From positions 1 through 64,000 of IMG/VR virus record IMGVR_UViG_3300044213_000060: a DNA stretch of 64,000 nt, one strand, 5' to 3'. Numbering within the stretch: the stretch's first letter is position 1; each line of letters begins with the position of its first letter. Both the position numbers and the translations under genes were made by a program. The stretch is from a virus. The notes under the pieces were generated by a model. That model searched no databases. It was not told the origin of the DNA and worked only from the letters and a program-made list of their open reading frames with translations. Below, piece after piece: positions 8,504 through 18,882 of the stretch.

Positions 8504-10273
8504 TTATGTTATATCTACGTCTGTGTTATAGGTTGTGTACCCGTTTTCTTTAACTACACGCAGAGTATTATTAACACGTCCGGCTAGTTCGTCTTTGTGA
8601 CTGACTAACCAAATACTTTTGTTACTATCCCTGCTCATTTTCTTGAGAATACCTAAACTGTTTTCTACTCCGCTACTATCCATTCCCGAATCAACTAACT
8701 CGTCAATGAACAACAAGTTAATAGGTTGATATAAACTTTCCCAAACATCCCGGAATGCCCAGGATAAACTTAAAATAAGTCTATTGCGTTCGCCGCGTGA
8801 TAAGTTATCAAAGTCTAGATCGCGTCCTAGTTCTGTAATGCTAACCGTTAAGTCATTGTTAAATTTTACAGTATGTGGCAAGCCGATACGATCTAAGTAT
8901 TGTCCTAGTCGTGCGTTTAAGTAGGATAAGTTTTGATCAATAATACGCTTACGGATAAACGAATCTTTGTTGGTTAATAGTTTTAACAAAAACTCTTGAT
9001 GGTCTTTAATATTGGTTAATTCGTTTATTAAATCAAAACTGATTCCTTCAACTGCTTGTTCCTGCATATCCCGAATTTGTTCTGCATAAGGATCTGTCTC
9101 ACTTTCTTTTGCAGTAAGTTGAGTTAGCACACTAGCCATGCTACTGCGGTGTTCAAATGCATCCGACTCGTCGCTGTAATATACCTGCGGTTGAGTGCCT
9201 AATTCGCCTAATTCTTTTAACGCATCAGTATGTTCCATCCATTGTGAGTTGGTTGCTAGTGCTTGTAGTGCGGCTTCTTGCAATGCTAATTGTTTGTCTG
9301 CTAACATCTTTTCGTGATTGTTATCATGTAGGTCTTGCCCACACGCATGGCATCGGTGGTTTTCTAAAGCAGTAATTTCTGCTTTAAGTTGGTCAATTAG
9401 TTTTTGCTCGCGTTTTTCATCTAGTTCGCAACGACGAATCCAGGAGTTTAATTCGGCAATTGCTTTTCTTTTTACATTATACTCAGATAAAAGTTTATGT
9501 GCTGATAGTTCTGCTTCAATGTCTAAGGTGCTGAGTTCGTCGTAGGCAGACTGCAGTTTTGCAATATCTTCTTGACGTTTATTTTGCCAAATTGTTTGTT
9601 TACGCTTTGTGGATTCAATTTGTTCTTCGATACGCCGGTTAGCATCTGTTACTGCTTTAATTCTAAATTCTTCTTGACTGATAGCATCCTTTGTGGCTTT
9701 TGTTTGTTCTTTTAATGCTTCGGCTTTTTCACTTAGTAATGTAATACCTAACAACTGCTCAATAATAGCACGCTGGTCGTTGGCTTTTAATGCTAAGAAT
9801 GGCTCGGTGTATGTATTAAGTGCAACAATGTGCTTGAACATATCGTGGCTCATACCTAACATACGCTCGATGTCTGCTTGGGTTTCTCTACTATCGCCTT
9901 GTGCTTCATCAGTGATTTCTTTTTCTTGATCATCAACAAAGAATTTCATAACGCCGGGTTTTCGACCACGCTCGATACGATAGTTAATGCCGTCTTTTTC
10001 AAAATCAACACATACCATCATACCTTTGGTATTTGTTTTGTTGATTAGGTTATCTTTTTTAATGTTAGTTAACGCATTACCATATAATGCAAATGACAAC
10101 GCATTGATGATCGTAGTTTTGCCAGTACCATTTCTAGCACCCGAATCGTCCCCGCCTAAGTCTAGATTTTCACCTAAGACTAATGTAAGATCATTGCGGT
10201 CAAAGTTAACTGCTTGCGTGGCATTGCCCACGCTCATAAAGTTTTTTACAGTAAGGTCTTTTATCTTAAACAT
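8504..10273 (-). CDS. Recombination ATPase subunit (T4 gp46/Rad50/SbcC-like)
   Basis: KNFMSVGN, Walker A GARNGTGKTT, coiled coil with CHAC zinc hook, signature LSRGE, Walker B LFIDE, and SH motif. Confidence 0.95.
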   Translation of the reverse strand: MFKIKDLTVKNFMSVGNATQAVNFDRNDLTLVLGENLDLGGDDSGARNGTGKTTIINALSFALYGNALTNIKKDNLINKTNTKGMMVCVDFEKDGINYRIERGRKPGVMKFFVDDQEKEITDEAQGDSRETQADIERMLGMSHDMFKHIVALNTYTEPFLALKANDQRAIIEQLLGITLLSEKAEALKEQTKATKDAISQEEFRIKAVTDANRRIEEQIESTKRKQTIWQNKRQEDIAKLQSAYDELSTLDIEAELSAHKLLSEYNVKRKAIAELNSWIRRCELDEKREQKLIDQLKAEITALENHRCHACGQDLHDNNHEKMLADKQLALQEAALQALATNSQWMEHTDALKELGELGTQPQVYYSDESDAFEHRSSMASVLTQLTAKESETDPYAEQIRDMQEQAVEGISFDLINELTNIKDHQEFLLKLLTNKDSFIRKRIIDQNLSYLNARLGQYLDRIGLPHTVKFNNDLTVSITELGRDLDFDNLSRGERNRLILSLSWAFRDVWESLYQPINLLFIDELVDSGMDSSGVENSLGILKKMSRDSNKSIWLVSHKDELAGRVNNTLRVVKENGYTTYNTDVDIT

Positions 10274-10868
10274 GCATTTTCCAATGAGATAGGTCTTGCT
10301 CGATCAAATCTTCAAAATTGTCAATGAAATTGTTTATTATTATAATATCTCGATCATGAAAAGTCAAAGTTTTTGTATATGTTGTTTTATTGATATACAT
10401 AGGTTGTAACTGTACACTTGGTATTTCTAAAAAGTTAGTTATTTTATCAAGCACAGCCTGCGGATCTTTTTTTATATTGTCGTAAAGTAAAATCATAGTG
10501 TTAGCAGGCAACCTTTTCATTATTGGTACATAGTCGAAATACTGTAGAAATGTTGAAATAAAGATTGAATCATCTATGTCAGATTTCCAAAAATTATATA
10601 AACTATTGGCATAGCTGTAAGGATCTCGAAAAATAACTGAGCGATGAGTAGCAACAGAATCTAGTAAAGCTAGTTGATAACTGTCTAGCTGCCATAAATT
10701 TGTATTAAAATTTACACTAAAATCTTGTTCTGCAAAATAATTTTGATACACACCGTTGTGGACTATTTGAATACTTGGTTCTTTTTCAGAATTAAATCTC
10801 AGATTTTTAAACAGCCACGATGTAGCAGTTTTAGCTGTTCCGTAATTAATGTAGTGTTTAAATCGCAT
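10266..10868 (-). CDS. Sulfotransferase-family (P-loop) protein
   Basis: GTAKTATSWL (5'-PSB-like loop), FRDP..YANSLY (3'-PB-like), LLYDNIKKDPQAVLDKITNFL. The likely start is MRFKHY at 10868, later than the ORF-track start at 10901. Confidence 0.6.
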   Translation of the reverse strand: MRFKHYINYGTAKTATSWLFKNLRFNSEKEPSIQIVHNGVYQNYFAEQDFSVNFNTNLWQLDSYQLALLDSVATHRSVIFRDPYSYANSLYNFWKSDIDDSIFISTFLQYFDYVPIMKRLPANTMILLYDNIKKDPQAVLDKITNFLEIPSVQLQPMYINKTTYTKTLTFHDRDIIIINNFIDNFEDLIEQDLSHWKMHV

Positions 10869-11250
10869 GAATAAAATCACGTATTGGGTGGAAGAATTCA
10901 AAAATTAAATCGCCCATAAAAAATAAAATATGATTATCTGTTACAGAATAGTCTACTTTTATAGAGTTTATATTAGCATAGTTAACGAAATTACTATGGT
11001 ATATATTTTTACCAATGCCTAATTTGTTCCCCGTAACCCTCCAAAATTCATCAAAAATAATCATTGTTATTTCTACTGGGTGAGACATAATTTTTGTATT
11101 ATCACAGTTTATGCGTATACTATAAATTTTATCATAATTAGGTTGATAATCAAATACATGAGAGCCAGTACCTGATTTAACACTAACAGTTTGATTGTCA
11201 AAAAATATATTAAAATCTGTTCCAGCAGAATAGAAGATTTCTAATTTCAT
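10858..11250 (-). CDS. Hypothetical protein (AT-rich)
   Basis: 130-aa ORF overlapping the gp47-like stop and the sulfotransferase-like start. Confidence 0.6.
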   Translation of the reverse strand: MKLEIFYSAGTDFNIFFDNQTVSVKSGTGSHVFDYQPNYDKIYSIRINCDNTKIMSHPVEITMIIFDEFWRVTGNKLGIGKNIYHSNFVNYANINSIKVDYSVTDNHILFFMGDLIFEFFHPIRDFIHAI

Positions 11251-12266
11251 TACAAATTTCTATAAATGTCTAGTAATAGATTTGGGTCGTATTGTTTACT
11301 GTCGATAGTATTAAGTTGACTATATACAATTTGGTCAACACTTTCAAATTCAATATTACCTTGTATTTCGTATTCAGTTAAGTCTGTTACCTTAGCAGGT
11401 ATAAGTGTAATCTCTCTAAGATTGTAAGTACCAATAAATGTTTCTTTGATAAACGTTGCTTCTTCGTAACTAATATCGATATCCAAATTAACACGCACAT
11501 GCATGTTTGGTTGCAACATTGCTTCTGTGTGCTTTAACACATCACTAAGTTGGAACACACGATACTTGGGTTGATTGGGCCAAGCATGATATTCTGGAGA
11601 CTCGCCCCATTCTAAAATAGTTAGCCCACGATCATCGTCGCCGGCATCGGCATAGTTATGTGGGAAACAGTTGCCGATGTAGGTAATATTCTTTTGAGTT
11701 TGTCGTTTATGAAAGTGTCCAGTAAACACATGATCAAAGTGGGAGAATTGTTCTCTACGGACTTCCCCGTGTTCGGGCATCGCAACCATTGCGTTCATTA
11801 AATAACCAGGCAACTCAAAATGTCCAAATACATATTTGCCTTTTAATTTAGGAATTCGTTTGTGGTCATCACCTACCAGCCAAGGCGCAATAACAACGTC
11901 ACCGCTGTTAAACCAATCATTGACAATATGGATGTTAGATAAATGTCTTGCCCATTCAACACTTTGTACATCTCTCTTATCCCGATAATAAAGATCGTGA
12001 TTACCAGGTATAAAGTACACATTTGAAAAATGTTCATTTAAATGCTCCAATGCTTGCAGACTATATTGCAAAGTTAAAATATTAATACTTGCACGGTTGT
12101 TGTGCCAATCACCAAGAAACAAAGCAGTTTCACACCCCTCTTCTTTGGCTTTAGCAGTTGCCCATTTTACAAACTTCAAACAGTCCTCATTATGTAGAGT
12201 ACTGTTTGACTTTAATCCAAAATGTATATCAGTAAATAATGCGGCTTTTTTAAATAAGTTACTCAT
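11250..12266 (-). CDS. Recombination nuclease subunit (T4 gp47/Mre11/SbcD-like)
   Basis: Metallophosphoesterase motifs DIHFG, LGD, GNHD, GHF and GHFH. Confidence 0.95.
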   Translation of the reverse strand: MSNLFKKAALFTDIHFGLKSNSTLHNEDCLKFVKWATAKAKEEGCETALFLGDWHNNRASINILTLQYSLQALEHLNEHFSNVYFIPGNHDLYYRDKRDVQSVEWARHLSNIHIVNDWFNSGDVVIAPWLVGDDHKRIPKLKGKYVFGHFELPGYLMNAMVAMPEHGEVRREQFSHFDHVFTGHFHKRQTQKNITYIGNCFPHNYADAGDDDRGLTILEWGESPEYHAWPNQPKYRVFQLSDVLKHTEAMLQPNMHVRVNLDIDISYEEATFIKETFIGTYNLREITLIPAKVTDLTEYEIQGNIEFESVDQIVYSQLNTIDSKQYDPNLLLDIYRNL

Positions 12267-12272
12267 CTCGCT

Positions 12273-12302
12273 AGTTTAACAACTATATCTAATAAAAGTC
12301 AA
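12273..12302 (-). promoter_or_regulatory. Putative sigma70-type promoter for the gp47-like operon
   Basis: TTGACT-18 nt-TAAACT with a TG extension; ATG is 6 nt downstream. Confidence 0.5.
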
Positions 12303-12306
12303 ATAG

Positions 12307-13164
12307 TTATTCTTCATAAATTGGTGCACTGCTCCCGCTGCTCATACCCTGTCGGGTGTAACTTGGATTTAGTCCATTCATTTCTAAAATATCATCACGC
12401 AGATTTTGATTGCGCTTTTCGATGTTTAGTACACGAGTAAATGAGTTTGTAATTGCGGCTGTGTAGTAAGCAAATGGATTTTGTGATTTGGACTCATCAA
12501 ACTGCAGTCCAATTTGGCTTAACTGTAACAATGCTTGACTGCGCATTTCGTCATTGTAGGTATATCCACGCCAGTTGCTACGGGTAGCATAGCGTTCGCA
12601 GAGTTTCATAAACATATGAGCTAACTTATTGGTCATGGTCCCGTGATCTTTGCTGAAACTACCGGTATCTAACGGACCCTTCCAGTGACTTTTACCTACA
12701 CAAACAGGTTCTCCAACATCATTTAATTTGTAATGTTGGAAAGGTGGAAAATTACATTTGGTATACTTTATTACTGCTATTTCTGCAGGATCATCGTATT
12801 CACTAACAACAACTTCCTCTTCAACTACTGCTTTTTTACGTTTACTTAGATCTTCCGGTATATGTTCCCAGGTCATTATCCTAAAAACCACATCTGTATC
12901 GCGAACATCTTTGAGTTTTACTTCAAATTCATCCAATTTACGTTTAATCCCAGATTCGGCAACTGCTGCTTCGTGAGCCAATTTGGCCAATCTTTCAGCA
13001 CGATTTTTACGTCCTTGCATGATGTTGGTTTTGTTAATTTTCTTAACATCGGGCAAAATTATATCATAATCGGCATCTGCACGATCCAGGTATGAACAAT
13101 ACGTGGTTTTACTTTTATGAATCTCTTTTAAAATGTCCTTGTTGTTAAGGTAGTTAGTTTTCAT
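12307..13164 (-). CDS. Late-transcription sigma factor (T4 gp55-like)
   Basis: NYLNNKD, NWRGYTYNDEM and FDESKSQNPFAYYT motifs; upstream of gp47/gp46 as in T4. Start placed at MKTNYL (13164) behind SD AAAGGA. Confidence 0.88.
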   Translation of the reverse strand: MKTNYLNNKDILKEIHKSKTTYCSYLDRADADYDIILPDVKKINKTNIMQGRKNRAERLAKLAHEAAVAESGIKRKLDEFEVKLKDVRDTDVVFRIMTWEHIPEDLSKRKKAVVEEEVVVSEYDDPAEIAVIKYTKCNFPPFQHYKLNDVGEPVCVGKSHWKGPLDTGSFSKDHGTMTNKLAHMFMKLCERYATRSNWRGYTYNDEMRSQALLQLSQIGLQFDESKSQNPFAYYTAAITNSFTRVLNIEKRNQNLRDDILEMNGLNPSYTRQGMSSGSSAPIYEE

Positions 13165-13188
13165 TAATTTTTCCTTTAAACTAAGCAT

Positions 13189-13217
13189 ATAATACACATT
13201 ATAAATATAAAAAGCAA
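13189..13217 (-). promoter_or_regulatory. Putative sigma70-type promoter for the gp55-like gene
   Basis: TTGCTT-17 nt-TATTAT. Confidence 0.5.
13200..13207 (+). promoter_or_regulatory. Late promoter TATAAATA for the baseplate operon
   Basis: Exact consensus upstream of the ORF at 13231 (SD GAGGA). Confidence 0.7.
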
Positions 13218-13230
13218 GAGGATTTTTATA

Positions 13231-14040
13231 ATGGATAATACGGTACTAGATACTGGCGACGACGGATACGGCCCTGCACAAACTACCACCCCTGACGCAG
13301 TTTCGGGTGGGAATACACCGTCATTCTTTGATAGAATAGCATCAAAATTGAATCCCATTTTTAATCCAAATACAAATTTAAATCCTAGTGTATTCAATAC
13401 TCCTAATGCCAATAACGGTGTTCCTTCAGTGACTTTTACTGGTTCTGCAGCATCGGGTACAGACTGGCGTTTAAAAATTAAGTACGCTGGAACTGCCCTG
13501 GCATATGCTGGAATTATGCAACCGTTAGCAACAACAGGGGGTGTCATATTTCCACATACTCCGTCATTGACAGTTCAGGAAACTGCAACCTATGGAACAC
13601 AAAAATTAACACATAGTAATTACGCACAATATTTTTATGAAGGATCCGAAGTACCGGCAATTAGCATTTCTGGTGAATTCACTGTACAAAATACCTCTGA
13701 AGGTGCATACTTGTTGGCAGCAATCTACTTCTTTAGATCAGCTACAAAAATGTTTTTTGGTACCGGCAACAATGTTGGAAATCCACCACCCGTATTAAAG
13801 TTAAATGGCTACGGCTCTAGCTATTTATCTGATGTTCCGTGTGTGTTAACCAGTTTTTCACACACAATGCCACAAGAAGTAGACTACATTGATATTGGTG
13901 GGCCTTATGCCACTAGGGTGCCTACTATCAGCACAATACAAATATCAGTGCAACCAATTTACAGTAGAAGTAGTCAACGCCAGTGGAACCTGTCGGACTT
14001 TAGTCAGGGCAAGTTGATCACAGGAAAAGGTTTTCTATAA
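13231..14040 (+). CDS. Baseplate/tail-tube initiator-like structural protein
   Basis: GGVIFPHTP, GNPPPVLKLNGYG and VPCVLTSF motifs; first gene of the baseplate module. Confidence 0.55.
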   Translation: MDNTVLDTGDDGYGPAQTTTPDAVSGGNTPSFFDRIASKLNPIFNPNTNLNPSVFNTPNANNGVPSVTFTGSAASGTDWRLKIKYAGTALAYAGIMQPLATTGGVIFPHTPSLTVQETATYGTQKLTHSNYAQYFYEGSEVPAISISGEFTVQNTSEGAYLLAAIYFFRSATKMFFGTGNNVGNPPPVLKLNGYGSSYLSDVPCVLTSFSHTMPQEVDYIDIGGPYATRVPTISTIQISVQPIYSRSSQRQWNLSDFSQGKLITGKGFL

Positions 14041-14342
14041 TGGCAATTACATATAGCAAGACAAGTCCATATTTTGGAACTGAACTATTTGGTCAATTTT
14101 TAGATGTAATGACCAGTAGACCTATTACTGCACGTGCTGATGATGTTTTATATACAATTGATAATGTGTATCAATTTAGACCTGATGTTTTGAGCTTTGA
14201 CTTATACGGCGACAGTGCATTGTGGTGGGTGTTTGCACAACGTAATCCTAATGTATTAAAAGATCCACTTTTTGATTTTCGTGCCGGAGTGCAGATCTAT
14301 GTTCCTAGAAAAGATACATTAACTGCTGATTTGGGATTATAA
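14040..14342 (+). CDS. Baseplate wedge protein (gp53/LysM-like)
   Basis: RPDVLSFDLYGDSALWWVFAQRN motif typical of gp53/LysM baseplate proteins. Confidence 0.8.
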   Translation: MAITYSKTSPYFGTELFGQFLDVMTSRPITARADDVLYTIDNVYQFRPDVLSFDLYGDSALWWVFAQRNPNVLKDPLFDFRAGVQIYVPRKDTLTADLGL

Positions 14343-14345
14343 TCA

Positions 14346-16877
14346 ATGGCTGGTACAACGATTAATGGATTAACGTTTGAGTTATCAAGTGCTGGTCAAG
14401 TTTTAGTAACAGGGCCCGGAATACCAAGCTCCGGAATTTTTATAGGAACTTATAACAATTTAACAATACGCTCGTTTACATCAGCAACTACTAGTCCAAA
14501 TGTAACAGAGCCTGCTACGTCGGCATTACTTGCTATTACTCAATCAGATCTTGAAGCTATACAAGCCGCAGTGGCCCCAACTCCACCTGCACCAGAACCA
14601 CCACCTGCAGAAGATACAGTAGCACAAACACCCACTGCCAATCCTCCTGAAGAAGAAGGAACTCCACTTACAGAAGAAGAACAGGCAAATATTGCTAATG
14701 CAGCACCGCCTGGAGAAGCAAGTTATACTCCGCCAGCGACAAATACAACAACCGCAGAACTGCCACCTGCAGTGGTAACAAAATCTGCTACTCAGTCTGT
14801 GGGAACAGATACTCCAGCCGGTGTTGCCACAACTGCTGCGTCCGTTGCAACCGGCAATCCATTAAACGATTTTGCCAGTTATACATATAATTTAACTTTG
14901 TTTATTTTAACTTCTGATGATTTTAATAATCTAGCAAAATCTTCTAGTGGGTGGAATCCTCAACAGGCGTTGATCAGCAGTGCTGGTAGATACAATGACA
15001 ATACCGCAAATTCTGTTACTGTTAGAAACCCAGAATTTTTAGATAACTTTTATTTTACTCATTTAGATATTTCTACAGTAATTGGTCTTAACGAATCATC
15101 TCGTAGTAGTAATTCTATTGAAGTTAAATTTGGTATTATAGAACCATATGGCATGACATTATTAGACAGATTAATAAATGCCAGTACCGCACTGGGTGGA
15201 TCCAACTATACTGCACAACCATATCTGCTTCAGATTGACTTTTTTGGTATAAAAGAAGACGGGTCAATGACTCAACTTACAAATCAAAGAAAACGTATTC
15301 CGATTAATATTATTGATTTTAAAATCAAAGTAGGAAAATCTGGTGCCACCTACGATGTAAGTTGTATACCTTACAACCATGTGGCGTTAACAACTTATAA
15401 TAACAGTAGTCCTGGAAGTTTTGAAGTTACCGCGAGTACTGTTGGGGAATTTTTTGATCCTAATTCAGATAACAGTGCCAGTGCTGCGTTAACAAATTAT
15501 AATCGGTTAGAAACAGATTTGGTAAATGCACAAACTGCATTAAATTCTGCAACTACACTAGACCCTCAGTATAGATCAAAAGCAACACAAGTAAACGATG
15601 CAGCATTAAAATTACAAGCTGCACAACAAGCATTGGCAAATGCAAATTATAATGTAAAAAGTTTTGCTGACGCTTGGAACAAATGGCACCTAAATGTTAA
15701 AGATGCTAAGATTGCCACAGAAAATAATGAAATAGCTTTTGTATTTGATGATGAAATTAAAAATAGTAAGATAGTTGATGCAGACGGTAGTACAACAAGT
15801 CCCGGACAAACACCCATGACAAATGCTGCAGGTAAAACTGCAGAAGCAAAAGTACAGACTGGTGCAGCAAAATCAAACAATAACTATCAAACCAGCAAAA
15901 AAGCATTTCATGTTGCGCAAGGCGATAGTATTGTAAAACTAATAGAAGATGTTGTACGCCAAAGCGAATACTTTAGAAGTCAATTGATTAATGATGCAGA
16001 AACTAAAAAGTTAGATTTGCCAACCAACAAAGATATAAATTGGATTAAAATAATTCCGCAGGTTGAATTAAAAAGTTTTGACACCAATAGAAACGAGTAT
16101 GCTAAAAAAACCACATACTATGTTAAAAAACATACTGTTAAAAATACCAAACATCCACAGGTTGCACTAAGCGGACCACCTGCACCAGTTAAAGAATACA
16201 ATTATATCTATACTGGACTGAATACAGATGTATTAGATTTTGATATAGAATTTAATGCTGCTTACTATGTATCTGTTACCTTAGATAAAAATTTAGTACA
16301 ATCAACCAGCGGAGCACCTGTGGCACAAATCGACGCAGATGCACAATCTACCGCAGGCATTACTCCTCCGGTACCTAATTCAGTAACTCCTAGAGTTACT
16401 AAAGTAATTGGCAACGATGCACAAAGTAGTGCGACCATGGACGCCAGTAGAGATGCCAAAGCACAATTGGCCAGCAGTTTTATCAAATCTCTTTATACAA
16501 ATGCACAAGGAGATATGATATCATTAAAACTAAAAATAAATGGCGATCCAACACTTATAAAACAAGATGATGTGTATGCTAATCCTAGCCAATCTGACTA
16601 TGCCAGCTCACCAGGCATAAATCCAGCAACTGGCAGTGTTAACATGGACTCGGGGCAGGTATTTTGTCGTGTGAATTTTTTAACTCCAACAGATATAGAT
16701 ACAGATACTGGGCTACTAATAAAAAATGCCAAGTATACAAATTCTACATTTAATGGATACTATCAAATTTTAACCGTAGACAATCATTTTGCCAATGGTA
16801 AGTTTGAACAAACACTAGAACTAGTTAGAATATTTGATGTAGCAAATCCTGCTACAAACGTAGAACGTAGCCAATAA
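14346..16877 (+). CDS. Baseplate hub protein (gp27-like) with Pro/Ala/Thr-rich N-terminal linker
   Basis: Position between the gp53-like and gp5-like genes; C-terminal LKINGDP...GYYQILTVDNHF.NGKFEQTLELVR hub-like motif. Confidence 0.55.
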   Translation: MAGTTINGLTFELSSAGQVLVTGPGIPSSGIFIGTYNNLTIRSFTSATTSPNVTEPATSALLAITQSDLEAIQAAVAPTPPAPEPPPAEDTVAQTPTANPPEEEGTPLTEEEQANIANAAPPGEASYTPPATNTTTAELPPAVVTKSATQSVGTDTPAGVATTAASVATGNPLNDFASYTYNLTLFILTSDDFNNLAKSSSGWNPQQALISSAGRYNDNTANSVTVRNPEFLDNFYFTHLDISTVIGLNESSRSSNSIEVKFGIIEPYGMTLLDRLINASTALGGSNYTAQPYLLQIDFFGIKEDGSMTQLTNQRKRIPINIIDFKIKVGKSGATYDVSCIPYNHVALTTYNNSSPGSFEVTASTVGEFFDPNSDNSASAALTNYNRLETDLVNAQTALNSATTLDPQYRSKATQVNDAALKLQAAQQALANANYNVKSFADAWNKWHLNVKDAKIATENNEIAFVFDDEIKNSKIVDADGSTTSPGQTPMTNAAGKTAEAKVQTGAAKSNNNYQTSKKAFHVAQGDSIVKLIEDVVRQSEYFRSQLINDAETKKLDLPTNKDINWIKIIPQVELKSFDTNRNEYAKKTTYYVKKHTVKNTKHPQVALSGPPAPVKEYNYIYTGLNTDVLDFDIEFNAAYYVSVTLDKNLVQSTSGAPVAQIDADAQSTAGITPPVPNSVTPRVTKVIGNDAQSSATMDASRDAKAQLASSFIKSLYTNAQGDMISLKLKINGDPTLIKQDDVYANPSQSDYASSPGINPATGSVNMDSGQVFCRVNFLTPTDIDTDTGLLIKNAKYTNSTFNGYYQILTVDNHFANGKFEQTLELVRIFDVANPATNVERSQ

Positions 16878-16886
16878 GGAACTTCG

Positions 16887-18881
16887 ATGGCAGTAGATAA
16901 TAGATCAGGAAAGAAAACACCAAATTGGGTTAATAGAGAATCTACCGCAGGTTCTCGTATAGACCCAGGCCCGTTTATTGGCATTGTCAAGGACAATGTA
17001 GATCCCGCACGACTAGGAAGACTAAGAGTTTATATTCCTGAAATATCAGGTAAAGATCCCACAGTTGAGGATAACTGGATTAAAGTTGAGTATGCAAGTC
17101 CTTTTGCTGGGCAAACTCCCGGTCTTGGGGCCACAACAAACAATGCATTTGGTAGTGTAAAACATACCTATGGATTTTGGGCAGTCCCGCCAGATATTGA
17201 TAATCAAGTTTTAGTTATGTTTACCCTAGGTGATCAAGCACGAGGATTTTATTTTGCTTGCTTGCACCCAAATCTAAGTAACTACATGACTCCAGGACTT
17301 GCTACTGCTGTAGATGTGGATTCTTCGGGTGTTAGTGATACAATTAAGCCTGCTATTGGCAAAGACAGTGTGTTGCCGGTTGCGGAGTTTAATGTAAACG
17401 ATGTTGCAAATAATGCCAGCAACTGGACAAACAATAAAAAACCTGTGCATGATGCTCAAGCACAAGTATTAATAAATCAAGGTCTAGACAGAGATCCTGT
17501 ACGTGGGGCAATTACTTCTAGCAGTCAGCGTGAAGCACCGAGTGCAGTATTTGGAATGAGCACACCGGGGCGAGCACTACAAAATGATCCCGCCGACGAT
17601 CCAAACTTTGCTAACAAAGTAGCCAGTGGGAAATATAATCCTGATGATTATGCGGTTACCGGTCGCAAAGGTGGACACACATTTGTAATGGACGACGGTG
17701 ATATCAATAGTAAAAATAAGTTAGTGAGATTACGTACATCAGGCGGTCATCAAATAATGATGAATGATTCAGAAGATGTTCTTTATATTGCCAACATGGA
17801 TGGTAGTTGTTATATTGAATTTACCGGAGAAGGTTATATAAACATCTACGGACAACGCAGCATTAGTCTGCGAGCAGAAAAAGACGTTAACATACACGCC
17901 GATAATGATATTAATTTAAATGCACAAAATACAATTCGTATGCATAGCAACACAAGTATAGAAACCGAAACAGATGTTGCAACTGATTTGGCGATAACAG
18001 GAAAAACTTCTAAAGGCGGTTATATTGATGTTACCAGCGATAGTAGTCTGCGCATACAAACTACAACGTTTGGATTAACCGCCAGCGATAGTTTATTGTT
18101 AAGCAGTGACAACGGTGGATGGACTGCAGCCGAGGGATTGTTGTTTAAGTCGGCAGTTGGCGGTTGGACAACCTCCAACGCACTAACCTTTAAATCAACC
18201 GGCGGCGGATGGCATGACACTGGAGATTTAACATTAAAAGCCGACGGTAAGATATATCTAAACACAAATACACCCGCTGATCCTGCAACGCCGCCTGCAC
18301 CAGACACACCAAACGATGTTAATTTGTTTGATTTTAACAATGGGTTATACAAACAAGATGATACAAGTTATACTTCTGCTACAGGAAAATGGGATACAGT
18401 AAGTCAAAGTGCAGAAACAGTTGCGGCAATTATGCCTGCACACGAACCTTGGATACGAGTAAGTGGCACTAACAACATTGCTGAAATAGACAATTTAGTT
18501 AATCAAAAACCTGTACCAGTTGAGAAGTCTAGTTCTGCACCTCCAAATACTCCATTAGGATCCGGAACTGACAACAATACCGGGATCAACACTTCAGGAG
18601 TGTTGCCTAAAAATCCTTTGACTGACGGCTTAGGCAACAGCGCCGGAGTCGGTGGTATTGCAGCTGGTATAGCTACTGCAGTCAACGGAACAATACCAAA
18701 TCCAGCTTCTGCAACCGACATGTTAGCTGCAAATGTTCCTGGTGCATTTCCGTTAACTCCTGATAAAGCCGCGGCCAGTATTGCAGCCAACGGTACCGCA
18801 GGTCTAAATCAGCTAACAGATGCAGTGGGCAACGGAGCAAATCAGCTGGGATTGTTAGCTAGTTCAACAAATATAGTTTAA
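16887..18881 (+). CDS. Baseplate central spike (gp5/VgrG-like)
   Basis: N-terminal OB fold (GIVKDNVDPARLGRLRVYIP...PPDIDNQVLV), RTSGGHQ and beta-helix-like repeats. Confidence 0.8.
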   Translation: MAVDNRSGKKTPNWVNRESTAGSRIDPGPFIGIVKDNVDPARLGRLRVYIPEISGKDPTVEDNWIKVEYASPFAGQTPGLGATTNNAFGSVKHTYGFWAVPPDIDNQVLVMFTLGDQARGFYFACLHPNLSNYMTPGLATAVDVDSSGVSDTIKPAIGKDSVLPVAEFNVNDVANNASNWTNNKKPVHDAQAQVLINQGLDRDPVRGAITSSSQREAPSAVFGMSTPGRALQNDPADDPNFANKVASGKYNPDDYAVTGRKGGHTFVMDDGDINSKNKLVRLRTSGGHQIMMNDSEDVLYIANMDGSCYIEFTGEGYINIYGQRSISLRAEKDVNIHADNDINLNAQNTIRMHSNTSIETETDVATDLAITGKTSKGGYIDVTSDSSLRIQTTTFGLTASDSLLLSSDNGGWTAAEGLLFKSAVGGWTTSNALTFKSTGGGWHDTGDLTLKADGKIYLNTNTPADPATPPAPDTPNDVNLFDFNNGLYKQDDTSYTSATGKWDTVSQSAETVAAIMPAHEPWIRVSGTNNIAEIDNLVNQKPVPVEKSSSAPPNTPLGSGTDNNTGINTSGVLPKNPLTDGLGNSAGVGGIAAGIATAVNGTIPNPASATDMLAANVPGAFPLTPDKAAASIAANGTAGLNQLTDAVGNGANQLGLLASSTNIV

Positions 18882-18882
18882 T

